A DNA stretch of 32,000 nucleotides from Opitutia bacterium KCR 482 (GTDB lineage Bacteria > Verrucomicrobiota > Verrucomicrobiia > Opitutales > Intestinicryptomonadaceae), in NCBI GenBank assembly GCA_029269845.2, contig CP149973.1:1020001-1052000 (forward strand), given 5' to 3'. Below the pieces are notes generated by a model. The model saw only the letters and a list, made by a program, of their open reading frames with translations. It did not search any database and had not been told where the DNA came from. Below are positions 1 to 9,300 of this stretch, in pieces (positions within the stretch are counted from its first letter, which is position 1; each line of letters opens with the position of its first letter). The position numbers and the translations under genes were made by a program.

Positions 1-495
1 CACTACCGCCAGCAGCTCAACTTCACGTTCAAGGGGCTTGACGACGCAAAGAGCGCGTTGGCAAAGCTGTCGAAATCGGCAAAGGCGGCGCTCGAAAAAT
101 CGGGAATGTCGTTCGGCGATTTCGAAAAGCTCGTAAAGCCCGAAAACAACTTTGCGGGGACGATTTTCGAACCCGCGTGGAACGCACTTTGCGACGACCT
201 CAACACGCCCAAAGCACTCGGCGAAATCTTCGGCGCGCTGCCGAAACTCGGCGGAGACAAAAAGGACGTCGCAGCCCTCGGCTCGCTGATGTACGCGCTC
301 GGCATAGACCTCTCGGAAAAGACGGAGGAATCCGCCGCAGACGCCCCCGAAGAAATCACCGCCCTCGCACAGGCGCGTTGGGACGCAAAAAAGTCAAGGG
401 ACTTCGCAAAAGCCGACGAACTGCGCAAAAAACTTGCGGAACTCGGGTGGAGCGTGCTCGACAAAAAAGACGGTTTCGACATCAAAAAAATTTAA
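1..495 (+). CDS. cysS: Cysteine--tRNA ligase, C-terminal part (the 5' end lies outside the window)
   Basis: Frame 1 is open from base 1 (HYRQQLNFTFKGLDDAKSAL...). The C-terminus ARWDAKKSRDFAKADELRKKLAELGWSVLD is typical of CysS anticodon-binding/DALR tails. Stop TAA at 493-495. Confidence 0.85.
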   Translation, partial: HYRQQLNFTFKGLDDAKSALAKLSKSAKAALEKSGMSFGDFEKLVKPENNFAGTIFEPAWNALCDDLNTPKALGEIFGALPKLGGDKKDVAALGSLMYALGIDLSEKTEESAADAPEEITALAQARWDAKKSRDFAKADELRKKLAELGWSVLDKKDGFDIKKI

Positions 496-501
496 GGATT
501 T

Positions 502-1377
502 ATGAAAGTAATAAGAGCAAAAAGCGCGGGATTCTGCTTCGGAGTGGAGCGCGCGATTGAAATCGCGACAACATGCACCGACGGCGGCAAATGCAAGGTC
601 TTTACCGACGGTCCGCTTATCCACAACAGGCAGATGATGGAACGCCTCACGCAGTGCGGGGTTCTCGAAATAGGCGACTATAAAAGCGAGTCGTCAATCG
701 ACGACCAAATCAAAGGCACTTCGCAAAGCGACAGCGTGCTCGTGTTCCGCGCCCACGGCGTCTCGCCCGACCGCCGCAAATACCTGCAAAGCCTCGGCAT
801 GCGCTGCAAGGACGCCACCTGCCCCGACGTGGGGAAAATCGCGGGCATAATCAAAATGCACGCAAACAAAAATTTCACGACCGTCATCGTAGGCGACCCC
901 GACCACCCGGAAGTAATCGGGCTTCTCGGCTACGCGGGCGGACGCGGGTACGTCGTCAAAGACAAAAAGGCGATAGACGCCCTGCCCGACATCAAGGGCG
1001 ACATCTGCATGGTCTCGCAGTCGACAATGTTCACCGACGACTACAACGAAATTTCCGAATACTTCAAAAAACGCTTCCCCGACACGAAGGTCATCGACAC
1101 CATCTGCGGCGCGACGAAGGAACGCCAGAAAGACGTGAACGTGCTCGCCGAAAAGGGCGCGGAGGCGATTGTGGTAATAGGCGGCAAACACTCGGCGAAC
1201 ACCGTAAAGCTTGCAATCATGGCGCAGCGCACGGGGCTTCCGTGCTTCCACATCGAAACGCTCAAAGAGCTGGACCTCGACGCAATCAAAAAATTCGGCG
1301 TCGTGGGGGTCACCGCGGGCGCGTCCACGCCCGACTTCCTCATCGACGAAGTCTGCAACAGGCTCGAAAATCTTTGA
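502..1377 (+). CDS. ispH: 4-hydroxy-3-methylbut-2-enyl diphosphate reductase (IspH/LytB)
   Basis: N-terminus MKVIRAKSAGFCFGVERAIEIA and later ICGATKERQ and SANTVKL are classic IspH motifs. Length 291 aa. An AAGGA Shine-Dalgarno sequence lies just upstream (494-498). The gene starts 6 nt after the cysS stop. Confidence 0.95.
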   Translation: MKVIRAKSAGFCFGVERAIEIATTCTDGGKCKVFTDGPLIHNRQMMERLTQCGVLEIGDYKSESSIDDQIKGTSQSDSVLVFRAHGVSPDRRKYLQSLGMRCKDATCPDVGKIAGIIKMHANKNFTTVIVGDPDHPEVIGLLGYAGGRGYVVKDKKAIDALPDIKGDICMVSQSTMFTDDYNEISEYFKKRFPDTKVIDTICGATKERQKDVNVLAEKGAEAIVVIGGKHSANTVKLAIMAQRTGLPCFHIETLKELDLDAIKKFGVVGVTAGASTPDFLIDEVCNRLENL

Positions 1378-1433
1378 CGCCCGCGAAACTTTGACGGATT
1401 TTCGGCGTTTCTAAAAGACAAAGGAAATTTCGA

Positions 1434-1880
1434 ATGGAAAATCACGCACATTCTTTCGGACGCCGCGCGGCGAAATCGGCGCGGAGGGCTTTCACGATTA
1501 TCGAAGTACTGCTGGCAATCGCGCTGATATCGCTGCTTGCGTTCATCGTGGTCGGCAACCTCGACACGCTCATGACGGGCGGGCAGACGAAAATCGCAAA
1601 GTCGATGGTCGAGGACTCGTTCGCGACTCCGCTGATGTCGTTCAAACTTTCCGTCGGCAGATACCCGACGACAGAAGAGGGGCTGAACGCCCTCGTCAAC
1701 GCGCCAGACGCGCTCTCCGAAAGATGGAAAGGCCCGTACGCGCGAAGCCTGCCGCTCGACCCGTGGGGAAACGCCTACCAGTACAGGTGCCCCTCGACGA
1801 AAAGCAAGGTCGGCTACGACGTGTGGTCGAACGGTCCCGACGGACAGCCCGACACCGAAGACGACATCGGCAACTGGTAG
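1434..1880 (+). CDS. gspG: Type II secretion major pseudopilin GspG
   Basis: Prepilin-type N-terminus RRAFTIIEVLLAIALISLL with Glu at +5. The C-terminal DPWGNAYQYRCP...GYDVWSNGPDGQPDTEDDIGNW is the GspG signature. AAAGGA RBS upstream. Confidence 0.9.
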   Translation: MENHAHSFGRRAAKSARRAFTIIEVLLAIALISLLAFIVVGNLDTLMTGGQTKIAKSMVEDSFATPLMSFKLSVGRYPTTEEGLNALVNAPDALSERWKGPYARSLPLDPWGNAYQYRCPSTKSKVGYDVWSNGPDGQPDTEDDIGNW

Positions 1881-1884
1881 AAAA

Positions 1885-2370
1885 ATGCGGCGCGCGGCGT
1901 TCACCCTGACCGAAGTGCTGCTTGCAATAGCCCTGATTGCCGCAATGGCGGGCTTTGTAGCGGCGGGCACGGGGCTGTTTTCGAAAGACGCGCTTCTTGC
2001 GCGCGCGCCCGAACGCGTTTTCATTTCCGCGCTCAAAACCGCAAAAATAGAGGCTGCGACGCGCGGGCGAAAAATGTCGCTCGCGCTCGAATCTGGCGCG
2101 ATTGTGGTTCGCGACGCCTCCGACAAATCCGAAGCCGCGAAGTTCGCCCTCCCCTCCGACGAAACTTTCCGCGCCGGGCTAATCCCGCAATATCCCGAAA
2201 CCGTCGGGCGCGAATCGGCGGATTTCCCCGACGTGCCCCTCGACTCAATCGAAGTCGGCGCGGACGGAACGTGCACGCCCGCAAGCGCAGTCTTCCGCTT
2301 CGGCGACGAAACGCCCGCGACGGTGAAAATCGACCCGCTCTGCGCGGAGGCAACGGGAATCGAAAAATGA
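1885..2370 (+). CDS. Minor pseudopilin, GspH-like by position
   Basis: N-terminus MRRAAFTLTEVLLAIALIAAMAG is a prepilin methylation-type segment with E+5. It starts 4 nt after the gspG stop. The family assignment rests on gene order only. Confidence 0.7.
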   Translation: MRRAAFTLTEVLLAIALIAAMAGFVAAGTGLFSKDALLARAPERVFISALKTAKIEAATRGRKMSLALESGAIVVRDASDKSEAAKFALPSDETFRAGLIPQYPETVGRESADFPDVPLDSIEVGADGTCTPASAVFRFGDETPATVKIDPLCAEATGIEK

Positions 2371-2813
2371 AAAAACGCGCGTTCACTCTTGCGGAATCCG
2401 TCCTTGCGCTCGCGCTGTTCGCGGCGGCGGCGGTTGCGGTCTCGCAGGTCTGCGTGAACTGCCTCTCCGCGCTCGACCTCCCCGAAAAATCGTCGCTCGA
2501 CGACGCCGTAAACGGGCAAATCGTCGCCGAAGCGTTGAAAATCGCCGACTACGACAGCCTCGACGACGGCGCGGAAGTGGAGGCGCTCGACGGGCGGAAA
2601 TACAAAATCTACGCGAAAGCCGAACCCACCGAAGTGCTCGACCTCTTCGAACTGTCGATAAGCGGCAAGGGCGAACGTCGCGAATTTTCGACGAAAATTT
2701 TCGTCAAGCGCGGGCAGTCGTGGTACGAAAACACAAACGAGCGCGACGACCTCATAAAAGACAGAACCGACTTTCTCGAAAAGAAGCGGCGCGAATGGAG
2801 GGCGGAAAAATGA
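2367..2813 (+). CDS. Minor pseudopilin, GspI-like by position
   Basis: I chose the internal start MKKRAFTLAESVLALALFAAAAV. Its ATG at 2367 overlaps the upstream stop as ATGA. The ORF-track start at 2271 is an upstream extension. Confidence 0.65.
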   Translation: MKKRAFTLAESVLALALFAAAAVAVSQVCVNCLSALDLPEKSSLDDAVNGQIVAEALKIADYDSLDDGAEVEALDGRKYKIYAKAEPTEVLDLFELSISGKGERREFSTKIFVKRGQSWYENTNERDDLIKDRTDFLEKKRREWRAEK

Positions 2814-3439
2814 GACGCGCGTTCACACTCTTGGAGGTGGTGCTCGCGATGTCCGTGGCGGCGGTCGTGATGTTCGGCTGCGCCGCGACGCTGCTTAATT
2901 TGGTGAACACCGCGGAGCGCGTCGAGGGCGGCTGGTCGCTCACAAAACACGCCGACGGCGCGGAGAAATTCCTGCGGGCGGCGTTTATCAACTCCGCGCT
3001 GCTTCACGCGTCGAAAATCGGAAACGTGTCGCATCAAAACGCGTCGAACACGCTCGCCGTCGCCGAAATTCCCGAATCGGCGGAGACCGCGCTCGCGTTC
3101 GAAATCGACGAGCAGACGCCGATTCTGCTCGCCGCCGAAAGGTTCTCGCCCGAAAAAATCTGCTACCTTTCGCACGACACCGACGGGCTTTCGCTCGTCT
3201 GGCGGCATGCAAACGCGGAGAAAAAAAATTCGGAGGCGGTGCTCTACAAAACGCCGCTCTCGCCCTATGTAAAAAAAATCTCCTACCTGATCCCCGACAC
3301 AAACGGCTGGCGCGAGGAAGACGACCTCTCGAACATCGGCGACATGCCATCGTACGTCAAACTGCTGTTCGAGCGCGCCGGCGAAAAAATCGAACGGATA
3401 ATCCCTCTGTCGGGCATGCTCGACCCAAACCTGAAATGA
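2810..3439 (+). CDS. Minor pseudopilin, GspJ-like by position
   Basis: I chose the internal start MRRAFTLLEVVLAMSVAAVVMF. There is an ATGA overlap with the upstream gene at 2810-2813. Length 209 aa. Confidence 0.6.
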   Translation: MRRAFTLLEVVLAMSVAAVVMFGCAATLLNLVNTAERVEGGWSLTKHADGAEKFLRAAFINSALLHASKIGNVSHQNASNTLAVAEIPESAETALAFEIDEQTPILLAAERFSPEKICYLSHDTDGLSLVWRHANAEKKNSEAVLYKTPLSPYVKKISYLIPDTNGWREEDDLSNIGDMPSYVKLLFERAGEKIERIIPLSGMLDPNLK

Positions 3440-4518
3440 AATACAAAAAGGCAAACGCGCTAATTTTCGTATTCGGGCTGATTTTCGCGGCGTCGGTTCT
3501 GTCGGTCGGAATCGTGGAACACACCGCGCGGACGCTCAAAATTTCGGCGTCGTCGAACGCGGAATACGGACTGCGCGAAAGCGCGTACTCCGCGCTGTAC
3601 GCGGCGGTCGCCGTGCTCGAAGAATACGCGAAAATCGACGGCGGGCTGTACTCAGCCGAACAGGGCTGGGGCAGGCCTTTCGAAGACGGACGCCTGAAAT
3701 TCTCCGACGAAATCGCCGCCGAAATTTCCGACGAAAGCGCAAAACTTCCGCTCTGCGCTCTGGCGTCGGCGGACATTCAGAAAATCTTCGAGGGCATGGA
3801 CGTGTCGGAAAACACCGCGCGGGAATTCGCCGACTGCATAGTGGACTGGCGCGACAACGACGACTCCAAATCGCCCGACGGCGCGGAATACGACGACTAC
3901 GACTCCGACGCCCCCAAGCCGCCCAACCGCAATTTCCTCTCTTTCGGCGAACTCAAATACGTCAAAAACGTCGGAGAATTTCTCTTCGACGAAAACGGCA
4001 AACCCAACGAGTTTTTCAAAGCCTTCACTGCGGGAGTGTCGCTCGAACTTTTCGAAAAAACAAACCTCAACGGCGCAAGCCCCGAAACGCTCAAAAAGCT
4101 GCTCGACATCGAAAACAAAGACTACGACGACTCTCTCTACCGCGCCCTGCGCGGCGAAATCGGCAGCGTCTCCGACGGCATAGTGTGGGTGAAAAACCAA
4201 ACCGAACTTTCCGAGCGCGGCGCAAGGGAGATCCCCTCCAAGTTCGCCGACTACAAATGCGGACTGCTCAAAATAGAAATCCGCGCGCGGCGCGGCGCGG
4301 CGGAATACTACCTCTGCGCCTTTTACGCGTCGCCCGATACCGCAAAATATTTTTCCGAAAACGTTAAGAAAATTTACAACCGCTCCGAAAACGCCGTCGA
4401 GGGGCGCAAGGCGGAGGGAAGCTCGACGGCGGGCGCGGTGTACGTCGAAAACAAAAGCGTCGGCGACTCCGAGGGATACACGCTTGTGAAAATCTGCGAG
4501 CGCGGCTCAAACAGATAG
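3436..4518 (+). CDS. gspK: Minor pseudopilin GspK
   Basis: Hydrophobic N-terminus ALIFVFGLIFAASVLSVG lacks Glu+5, as in GspK. DCIVDWRDNDDSKSPDGAEYDDY resembles the GspK Asp-rich motif. Length 360 aa. ATGA overlap with the upstream gene. Confidence 0.75.
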   Translation: MKYKKANALIFVFGLIFAASVLSVGIVEHTARTLKISASSNAEYGLRESAYSALYAAVAVLEEYAKIDGGLYSAEQGWGRPFEDGRLKFSDEIAAEISDESAKLPLCALASADIQKIFEGMDVSENTAREFADCIVDWRDNDDSKSPDGAEYDDYDSDAPKPPNRNFLSFGELKYVKNVGEFLFDENGKPNEFFKAFTAGVSLELFEKTNLNGASPETLKKLLDIENKDYDDSLYRALRGEIGSVSDGIVWVKNQTELSERGAREIPSKFADYKCGLLKIEIRARRGAAEYYLCAFYASPDTAKYFSENVKKIYNRSENAVEGRKAEGSSTAGAVYVENKSVGDSEGYTLVKICERGSNR

Positions 4519-4861
4519 GCGGCGCAATTCCCTACTTCGGAAGACAAATTCAGCATGCGGAAAAATTATACCGAAGCGGAAAAATAATCACTCTCGCAAA
4601 ATTTTCCGCCGACACAAGACAGCGCGAACGTTCGTCGCCAAAATTCAAAAGCGCATTCAATCGCAAAAAACATTTTCCCGAACGCGTTGAAATATTTGCC
4701 CGAAAAAACGCGCCGCACTAAGCAAGCGCAAGCCGACGTACCAACAAGCGCATTCGGCACCCCCCCCCGCGCAATGCCCTTAAAATTTGCCGCCGCAAAA
4801 AAAACGCAAACAAACGCACACGCCGCATGCGCCGATGCAATCCCCATAACACAAAACGCGC

Positions 4862-4885
4862 CGCCGCATATAGCGGCGTGTTTTA
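4862..4885 (+). terminator. Candidate intrinsic terminator hairpin
   Basis: CGCCGC (4862-4867) pairs with GCGGCG (4873-4878) around loop ATATA, followed by TGTTTT. Confidence 0.45.
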
Positions 4886-4995
4886 AGCTCCCGCAACACA
4901 CGCGCAAAACAAGAACCGCCGCGCAGACAGAGGCAAACGCGCAGAGCAAAATGCCACAACTACCGACAAACGCCGACGCGAAAAAGCAAAAGAAA

Positions 4996-5030
4996 GGCGC
5001 ACAAGTCCATTGCCTTGTGCGCCTGTTTTT
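4996..5030. terminator. Strong hairpin, bidirectional terminator-like
   Basis: Perfect 10-bp stem GGCGCACAAG (4996-5005) / CTTGTGCGCC (5014-5023) with an 8-nt loop. It is followed by TGTTTTT and preceded by an A-rich run (AAAAGAAA). Confidence 0.75.
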
Positions 5031-5044
5031 ATGGGATTATTATG

Positions 5045-5076
5045 AGAAGAAAATTGAAACTCCGATTTCTCGGAGT
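5045..5076 (-). terminator. Candidate terminator hairpin for the minus-strand beta-barrel gene
   Basis: 7-bp stem ACTCCGA (5059-5065) / TCGGAGT (5070-5076) with loop TTTC. On the minus strand it is followed by TTCAATTTTCTTCT. Confidence 0.35.
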
Positions 5077-5285
5077 ATGCGCATAAACCCGATTAATCGC
5101 AGCAAAATCGAATCTTTCGCATTTCTGGCGTTTAAAATCTAAAAAATTCCAACAAAAGTCAAGTGTTATTTTGGAAAAACTTGGTGTTTTTTTGCAATTT
5201 TAACAAAATTTTTGTGCCGCACTCGAATTTACGCGAAAAAAAGCGGAAACGCGCCGCGTGCCGCCGATTGAAAGTCCGCATTTTA

Positions 5286-6179
5286 CTAAAACTTGCACCC
5301 TGCGTGGAGAAAAAACACGGGAGCGATGTCCGCCGAAAACTCCTCCGCCGAATGTCCGCCGTATCTGAAAACCAGCCTGCGGTAGACGTTCGCGCCGACA
5401 GAGCCCGACACATAGAAGTAGCCGCCGAAATTGTATGTGGCTCCGAAAACCATGTTGACGGTGTTGTCGGAAACGGAACGCTTTACCCCGCCAGCCGATT
5501 TCGTCAGGCGGATATTCGCGTTTGTGTATTCGCACGAGGCGTTGAACAGAAGCGAGCCGTCGCCGAATGCGTCGAAGATTACGGCAACGCCGTCGAACGC
5601 GCGCAGACTCCAACGCTCGTCGATTTGCCACTTTAAATAGCCGCACGGCAGGGGCAGCCACTCGTTGTCCATGCGCGAGACCGCAGCAACGCCCAAGCCG
5701 AAGCTTAGGCTCTCCGAAATTGCGTAGCCCGCGCCGCCGCCCAACACAAGCCTGCCGCCGTCCGACAGCCCCGCGCCCGACTCCGACGAAAGCGAGCCGT
5801 GCGCCACGCCGAACGCGCTCCACCTTCCGCCGAGTCCGCAAGAATAAAACGCGTTTGCCGAAAGCGTGTTTACGTCGGAAAACGGCGAGACCGCGGAAAA
5901 ATCGTAGTACGAATGCGAGTAGCCGAAAGACACGTCGAACGCGTGCCTGTTGCGCACTCCCTGAAATTTCAGCGCGGCGGTCGTGGAATACGAGCCGAGG
6001 CGGCCGTCGCCGTCGTCGTGGAGGTCGGAGGAGAGAGCCGCCGACTGCGAGACGTCGAGGGTAGCCCCCGCGTGCCAGTCCGACACTATTTGGTCGAAGA
6101 AGCTCGACCCCGCCACAACCTGCGCGTCGGCAACGCAAAACGCCGACGCCGCAAACAAAAACGCCGCAAATTTTTTCAT
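5286..6179 (-). CDS. Outer-membrane beta-barrel protein (possibly MipA/OmpV-like)
   Basis: I chose the start MKKFAAFLFAASAFCVADAQ, a signal peptide. The sequence has alternating hydrophobic/polar beta-strand patterns rich in G/S/Y/F. It ends in a C-terminal Phe (...LHAGCKF), as in OMP C-termini. Confidence 0.7.
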   Translation of the reverse strand: MKKFAAFLFAASAFCVADAQVVAGSSFFDQIVSDWHAGATLDVSQSAALSSDLHDDGDGRLGSYSTTAALKFQGVRNRHAFDVSFGYSHSYYDFSAVSPFSDVNTLSANAFYSCGLGGRWSAFGVAHGSLSSESGAGLSDGGRLVLGGGAGYAISESLSFGLGVAAVSRMDNEWLPLPCGYLKWQIDERWSLRAFDGVAVIFDAFGDGSLLFNASCEYTNANIRLTKSAGGVKRSVSDNTVNMVFGATYNFGGYFYVSGSVGANVYRRLVFRYGGHSAEEFSADIAPVFFLHAGCKF

Positions 6180-6291
6180 GCAAAACATTGAAAAATCGGC
6201 GGCACGTTTTGTCAACAAAAGTATGGCGCGGGAAGCCCAGCGCCGAAGCGTTTTGCGGCAGTCGGACGCTTGCTCTCCGAAAACCGCTTTC

Positions 6292-6307
6292 CGCGGAAAT
6301 TTCCGCG
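6292..6307. repeat. Perfect 16-bp palindrome CGCGGAAATTTCCGCG
   Basis: Read directly. It lies in the 190-nt spacer between the stop of the 1119-aa gene and the start of the beta-barrel gene. T-rich sequence follows on both strands. Confidence 0.8.
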
Positions 6308-6369
6308 CCGTGTTTATTTTTCCGTTTCGTTATAAAATTTCCGCACGAAAAAACCGGCGCGGGAGGATT

Positions 6370-9300
6370 CTATTTCACCTTGACGATTTCGAAGAACGGC
6401 GTCGCGCCGTTCGGGAGCTTGGAATTGTCGATTGCGATTTTCATTACGCCCCCCGAAAATTCGAACGGAATCTTCGCGCGGCGTTCGCCGTTGAGCGCGA
6501 CGGGATAGACCTCGTAGCGCGAGCGCGGGTCGAGGCGCAGCTCGGCGCGAACCGTTCCCTTTTTCATCACCATCGGGACGCGCCCGCCGTACGCAGACGC
6601 GGTTTTGTCGTACGAAAGCGCCATGTCGGTGTTGCCCTCGCGGGTGATGAACATGAACATCAGCCGCGAGCTGTCCGAAATCTTCGCGCCGTCGAGCGAC
6701 ACCACGCCGATTGACGACGGAACGTCCGCCGAAACGATTTTAAGCGCGCCCAGCCGCGTTTCCGTCGGGGATTGCATTGCCGCGATTTCCGTGCGCGGCG
6801 TTGAGACTTTCATCGAGCACTTTTTCATGTCCACGGTGATTTCGCCCGTGTCGGACTGCAAAATTCCGCGCTTTACGTCCGTGATGTTGTCTGGCGGCAG
6901 AATGCCCTTTTCGCGCATGGTTGACACGAATTTTTCGAGGTCGAACGCGCCGCCGCCGTCCTTGACGCTGTGGTACCACGCCTCGGAGACGATTTCGGAG
7001 CTGCCGACGGGGCTGAGAGTCATGTCGGCGGGGCGGAACTTCACGCCCTTGACCGCCTTCGGAACGTCGCCGCCGAACGCCGCCCCGAAGCCCGTAAGCA
7101 GCATGTACTGCGTCTGCGAGCTGTTGAACGCGCGGACGGAGCGCGTGTTGTTTTGGAGGAAGTCGTCCGAGACTGCGATGTCTATTCGATGCCGCGCGGG
7201 CTGCACGTCGCCGCGTATGAACGCCGCCGACGAAACAAGCTCGTTCGCCTGCGCCACGGGCGACGGATACACTTTGAACGCGCCCATCGTCCTGCTCCAA
7301 CGCTGCGCGTACGGCACGGCGTCGGAGTGTATCGTAAGCCCCGAAAAGTTCTGGAACGCCGAGAGCGGCGCGAACATCGCGGGCATAACATAGCGGAACG
7401 TGTTCCAATAGCAGTGGTTATATTCGGTCACAAAAAACGGACGGTTGTTAATTTTCATTGCGGCGATTCCGCGCCAATATCCCGCGCCCGATTGGAGCGG
7501 ATTGCCCTGATAGCACGAGGCGTTGTTTATGTCGAAGCTCGACGGGTGGGCGAAGTATGTGTTGGCGATTACATAGTCGGTCGTCTTGCTGCGGATATAC
7601 GTTCCATAGACGTTCGGGCCGAGATTGTTCTGAACTTTAAGCCCCTTGTAGCCCGTTGCGTCTACGGTCTTTTCGGCGAACGCGACAAAGTCCGCCATGA
7701 AGTCCCAACAGCAGCGCTCCCAGTCGTCGTTTCCCGCGACAATGCACGGAACTTCGGCGAAGCTCTTGTAGGCGAATTTGCCCTTTTTCGAAAAGATTTT
7801 GTCCCACGCGGCGTTGAGCGCGGAGATGTCGCCCTTGTAGCGTTTTTCGAGCCAGCCGCGCCACTTGTCCATGACGAACGCGCGGGTTTCGGGCAGGATT
7901 TTGTCGCTTGGGTGGAACTTGCGCGATTCGTCCATGCGGCTATAACAGATGGCAAGCTCGTTGTAGTACTCGGCGCAGACGAACATGGGGTCGTCCTTCC
8001 AGCGCATGCCCGTGTAGGGATTGAAGTGGTTGAGGACGTACGTTGCGTTTTTCGCCCACTGCGCGCGGACTTTCGGCTCGCCGAAGACGGCGCGGAGCTT
8101 TACGTCGTCGCGGATATGGAAGTCGTAGTCTTTCAGCCCCATTTTGTACCAAGTGAGGGTGAGGTGCACGTAGACGCCGTTCTTTTTAAGCTCGTAGAGA
8201 AGCCTGTCGGCGGTGTCGTAGAGGGCTTCGCGCTCGATGTCGGACATGTCGTCGCGCAAAATTTCGAACGAAATCCTCGCGAAGTTGTAGCCGTGGGTTT
8301 TGAAAGACTTTGCGTAGCGCTTGATTTCCTCCGTGCGCTTTTCCTGCGGGAATTTCAGGAAGTGCGACAGCGAATACTCCGAAAAGCCCTTGAAGCGGAC
8401 GTCCTTTTCGGGCGTCTTTTCGAACGCGAGCGTGCCGCGCTCCGACAGAATCACCCTGCCGTAAGTTCCCGCAGGGGCGGAGTCGAAGAAGCGCGACTGG
8501 TCGAGAGCCGAGCCTTCGCGAACGTAGATGTCTTCGGGAATGTCAACGGCGACCCATTCCTTTTTGTCGAACGGCTCGATATTGCATTTAGCAACCTGCT
8601 TGTCTCCCACAGTAATACCCAAGAGCAGGAAGGCGTCGCCGCGCTCGGTTTCTATTTCGAGAGACTTCAACGCCGCGCCGTCGGGCATATCTATCCGCGA
8701 GAGATACACCGCGCCCAGCTTCTTGTCGGGCTTGGCGTAGAACACGGGACGCGCGTTGTTGTTGATTTCGCCCGAATCGTCGAAGAACCAAGTGTCGCGG
8801 TAGCGTCTTAGCGTGTACGAAGCCTCCGTGCCGTCGTAGAGTTTCATGTTCACTTTTGCGGTGGGCGGCTCCGATTTGGAGGAGCGCACCGAAGTGTGCA
8901 AAATGTAGATGTACTTTCCGGCGATTTTTCTATCCACTGTAATTTTTTTTGCGGCGTTTGCGTTGTTTTTGGAGGCGAAGAGCACACCGCCGAATCCCTT
9001 TCCGTCGGGGCGTTTTATCAAATCGAATTTGATTCCGCCGAAATTTCCATTAGCCTTGCCGATTTCGGACAAATTATACGGGAATTTCCATATGGAAAAA
9101 TCGGAAAGGTTAAAATTCGAGTATTTTGAAATATCAAGCGGCAGGCATTCGCCGCGGTCGATGTCGATTTTTCCGAGCGGCTTCGTGCGGAAAGTTATTT
9201 CGTACTCGACGCCCTTTGCGACGGGAATGCGCTGCACCAAATACGAGTTGCACCACGCCCGCAGAAACTTGTTTTGCTTTCCGTCGGCGGCGGTCTCGGA

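Noticed and set aside
1041-2519. 492-aa minus-strand ORF
   Set aside because: It is antisense to ispH, gspG and the next pseudopilins, which are unmistakable. The translation is Ser/Arg/Ala-rich with no domain-like pattern.
3221-3278. Two A8 homopolymers (3221-3228 and 3271-3278) inside the GspJ-like gene, considered as phase-variation or slippage sites
   Set aside because: This genome appears to encode Lys mainly as AAA in the stretches I read, so Lys-Lys with flanking A readily gives A8 (AEKKNS, VKKIS). Similar runs occur in other genes (for example T8 at 8943-8950). Nothing here shows frameshifting.
4566-5142. ORFs 4566-4949 (-, 127 aa, Cys/Ala/Phe-rich) and 4687-5142 (+, 151 aa) in the long spacer
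   Set aside because: Both begin at TTG. The minus-strand ORF mostly uses TTT, GTT, CTT and TGT codons, which look disfavoured in the codons I spot-read from called genes. The plus-strand ORF reads through two terminator hairpins and is a low-complexity A/K/T/Q/P sequence. I treated the region as non-coding.
5200-6183. 327-aa minus-strand ORF overlapping the beta-barrel gene in another frame (and 30142-31170 -, 342 aa, inside the TAT protein gene)
   Set aside because: These are same-strand off-frame readings with very high Arg/Gly content. The alternative frames give a proper signal peptide plus beta-barrel pattern, or a TAT leader.
6970-8811. 613-aa + strand ORF (and 6605-7393 +, 6740-7408 -)
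   Set aside because: These are antisense or off-frame relative to the 1119-aa exported enzyme. The composition is Arg/Val/Glu-rich, and there is no start context.
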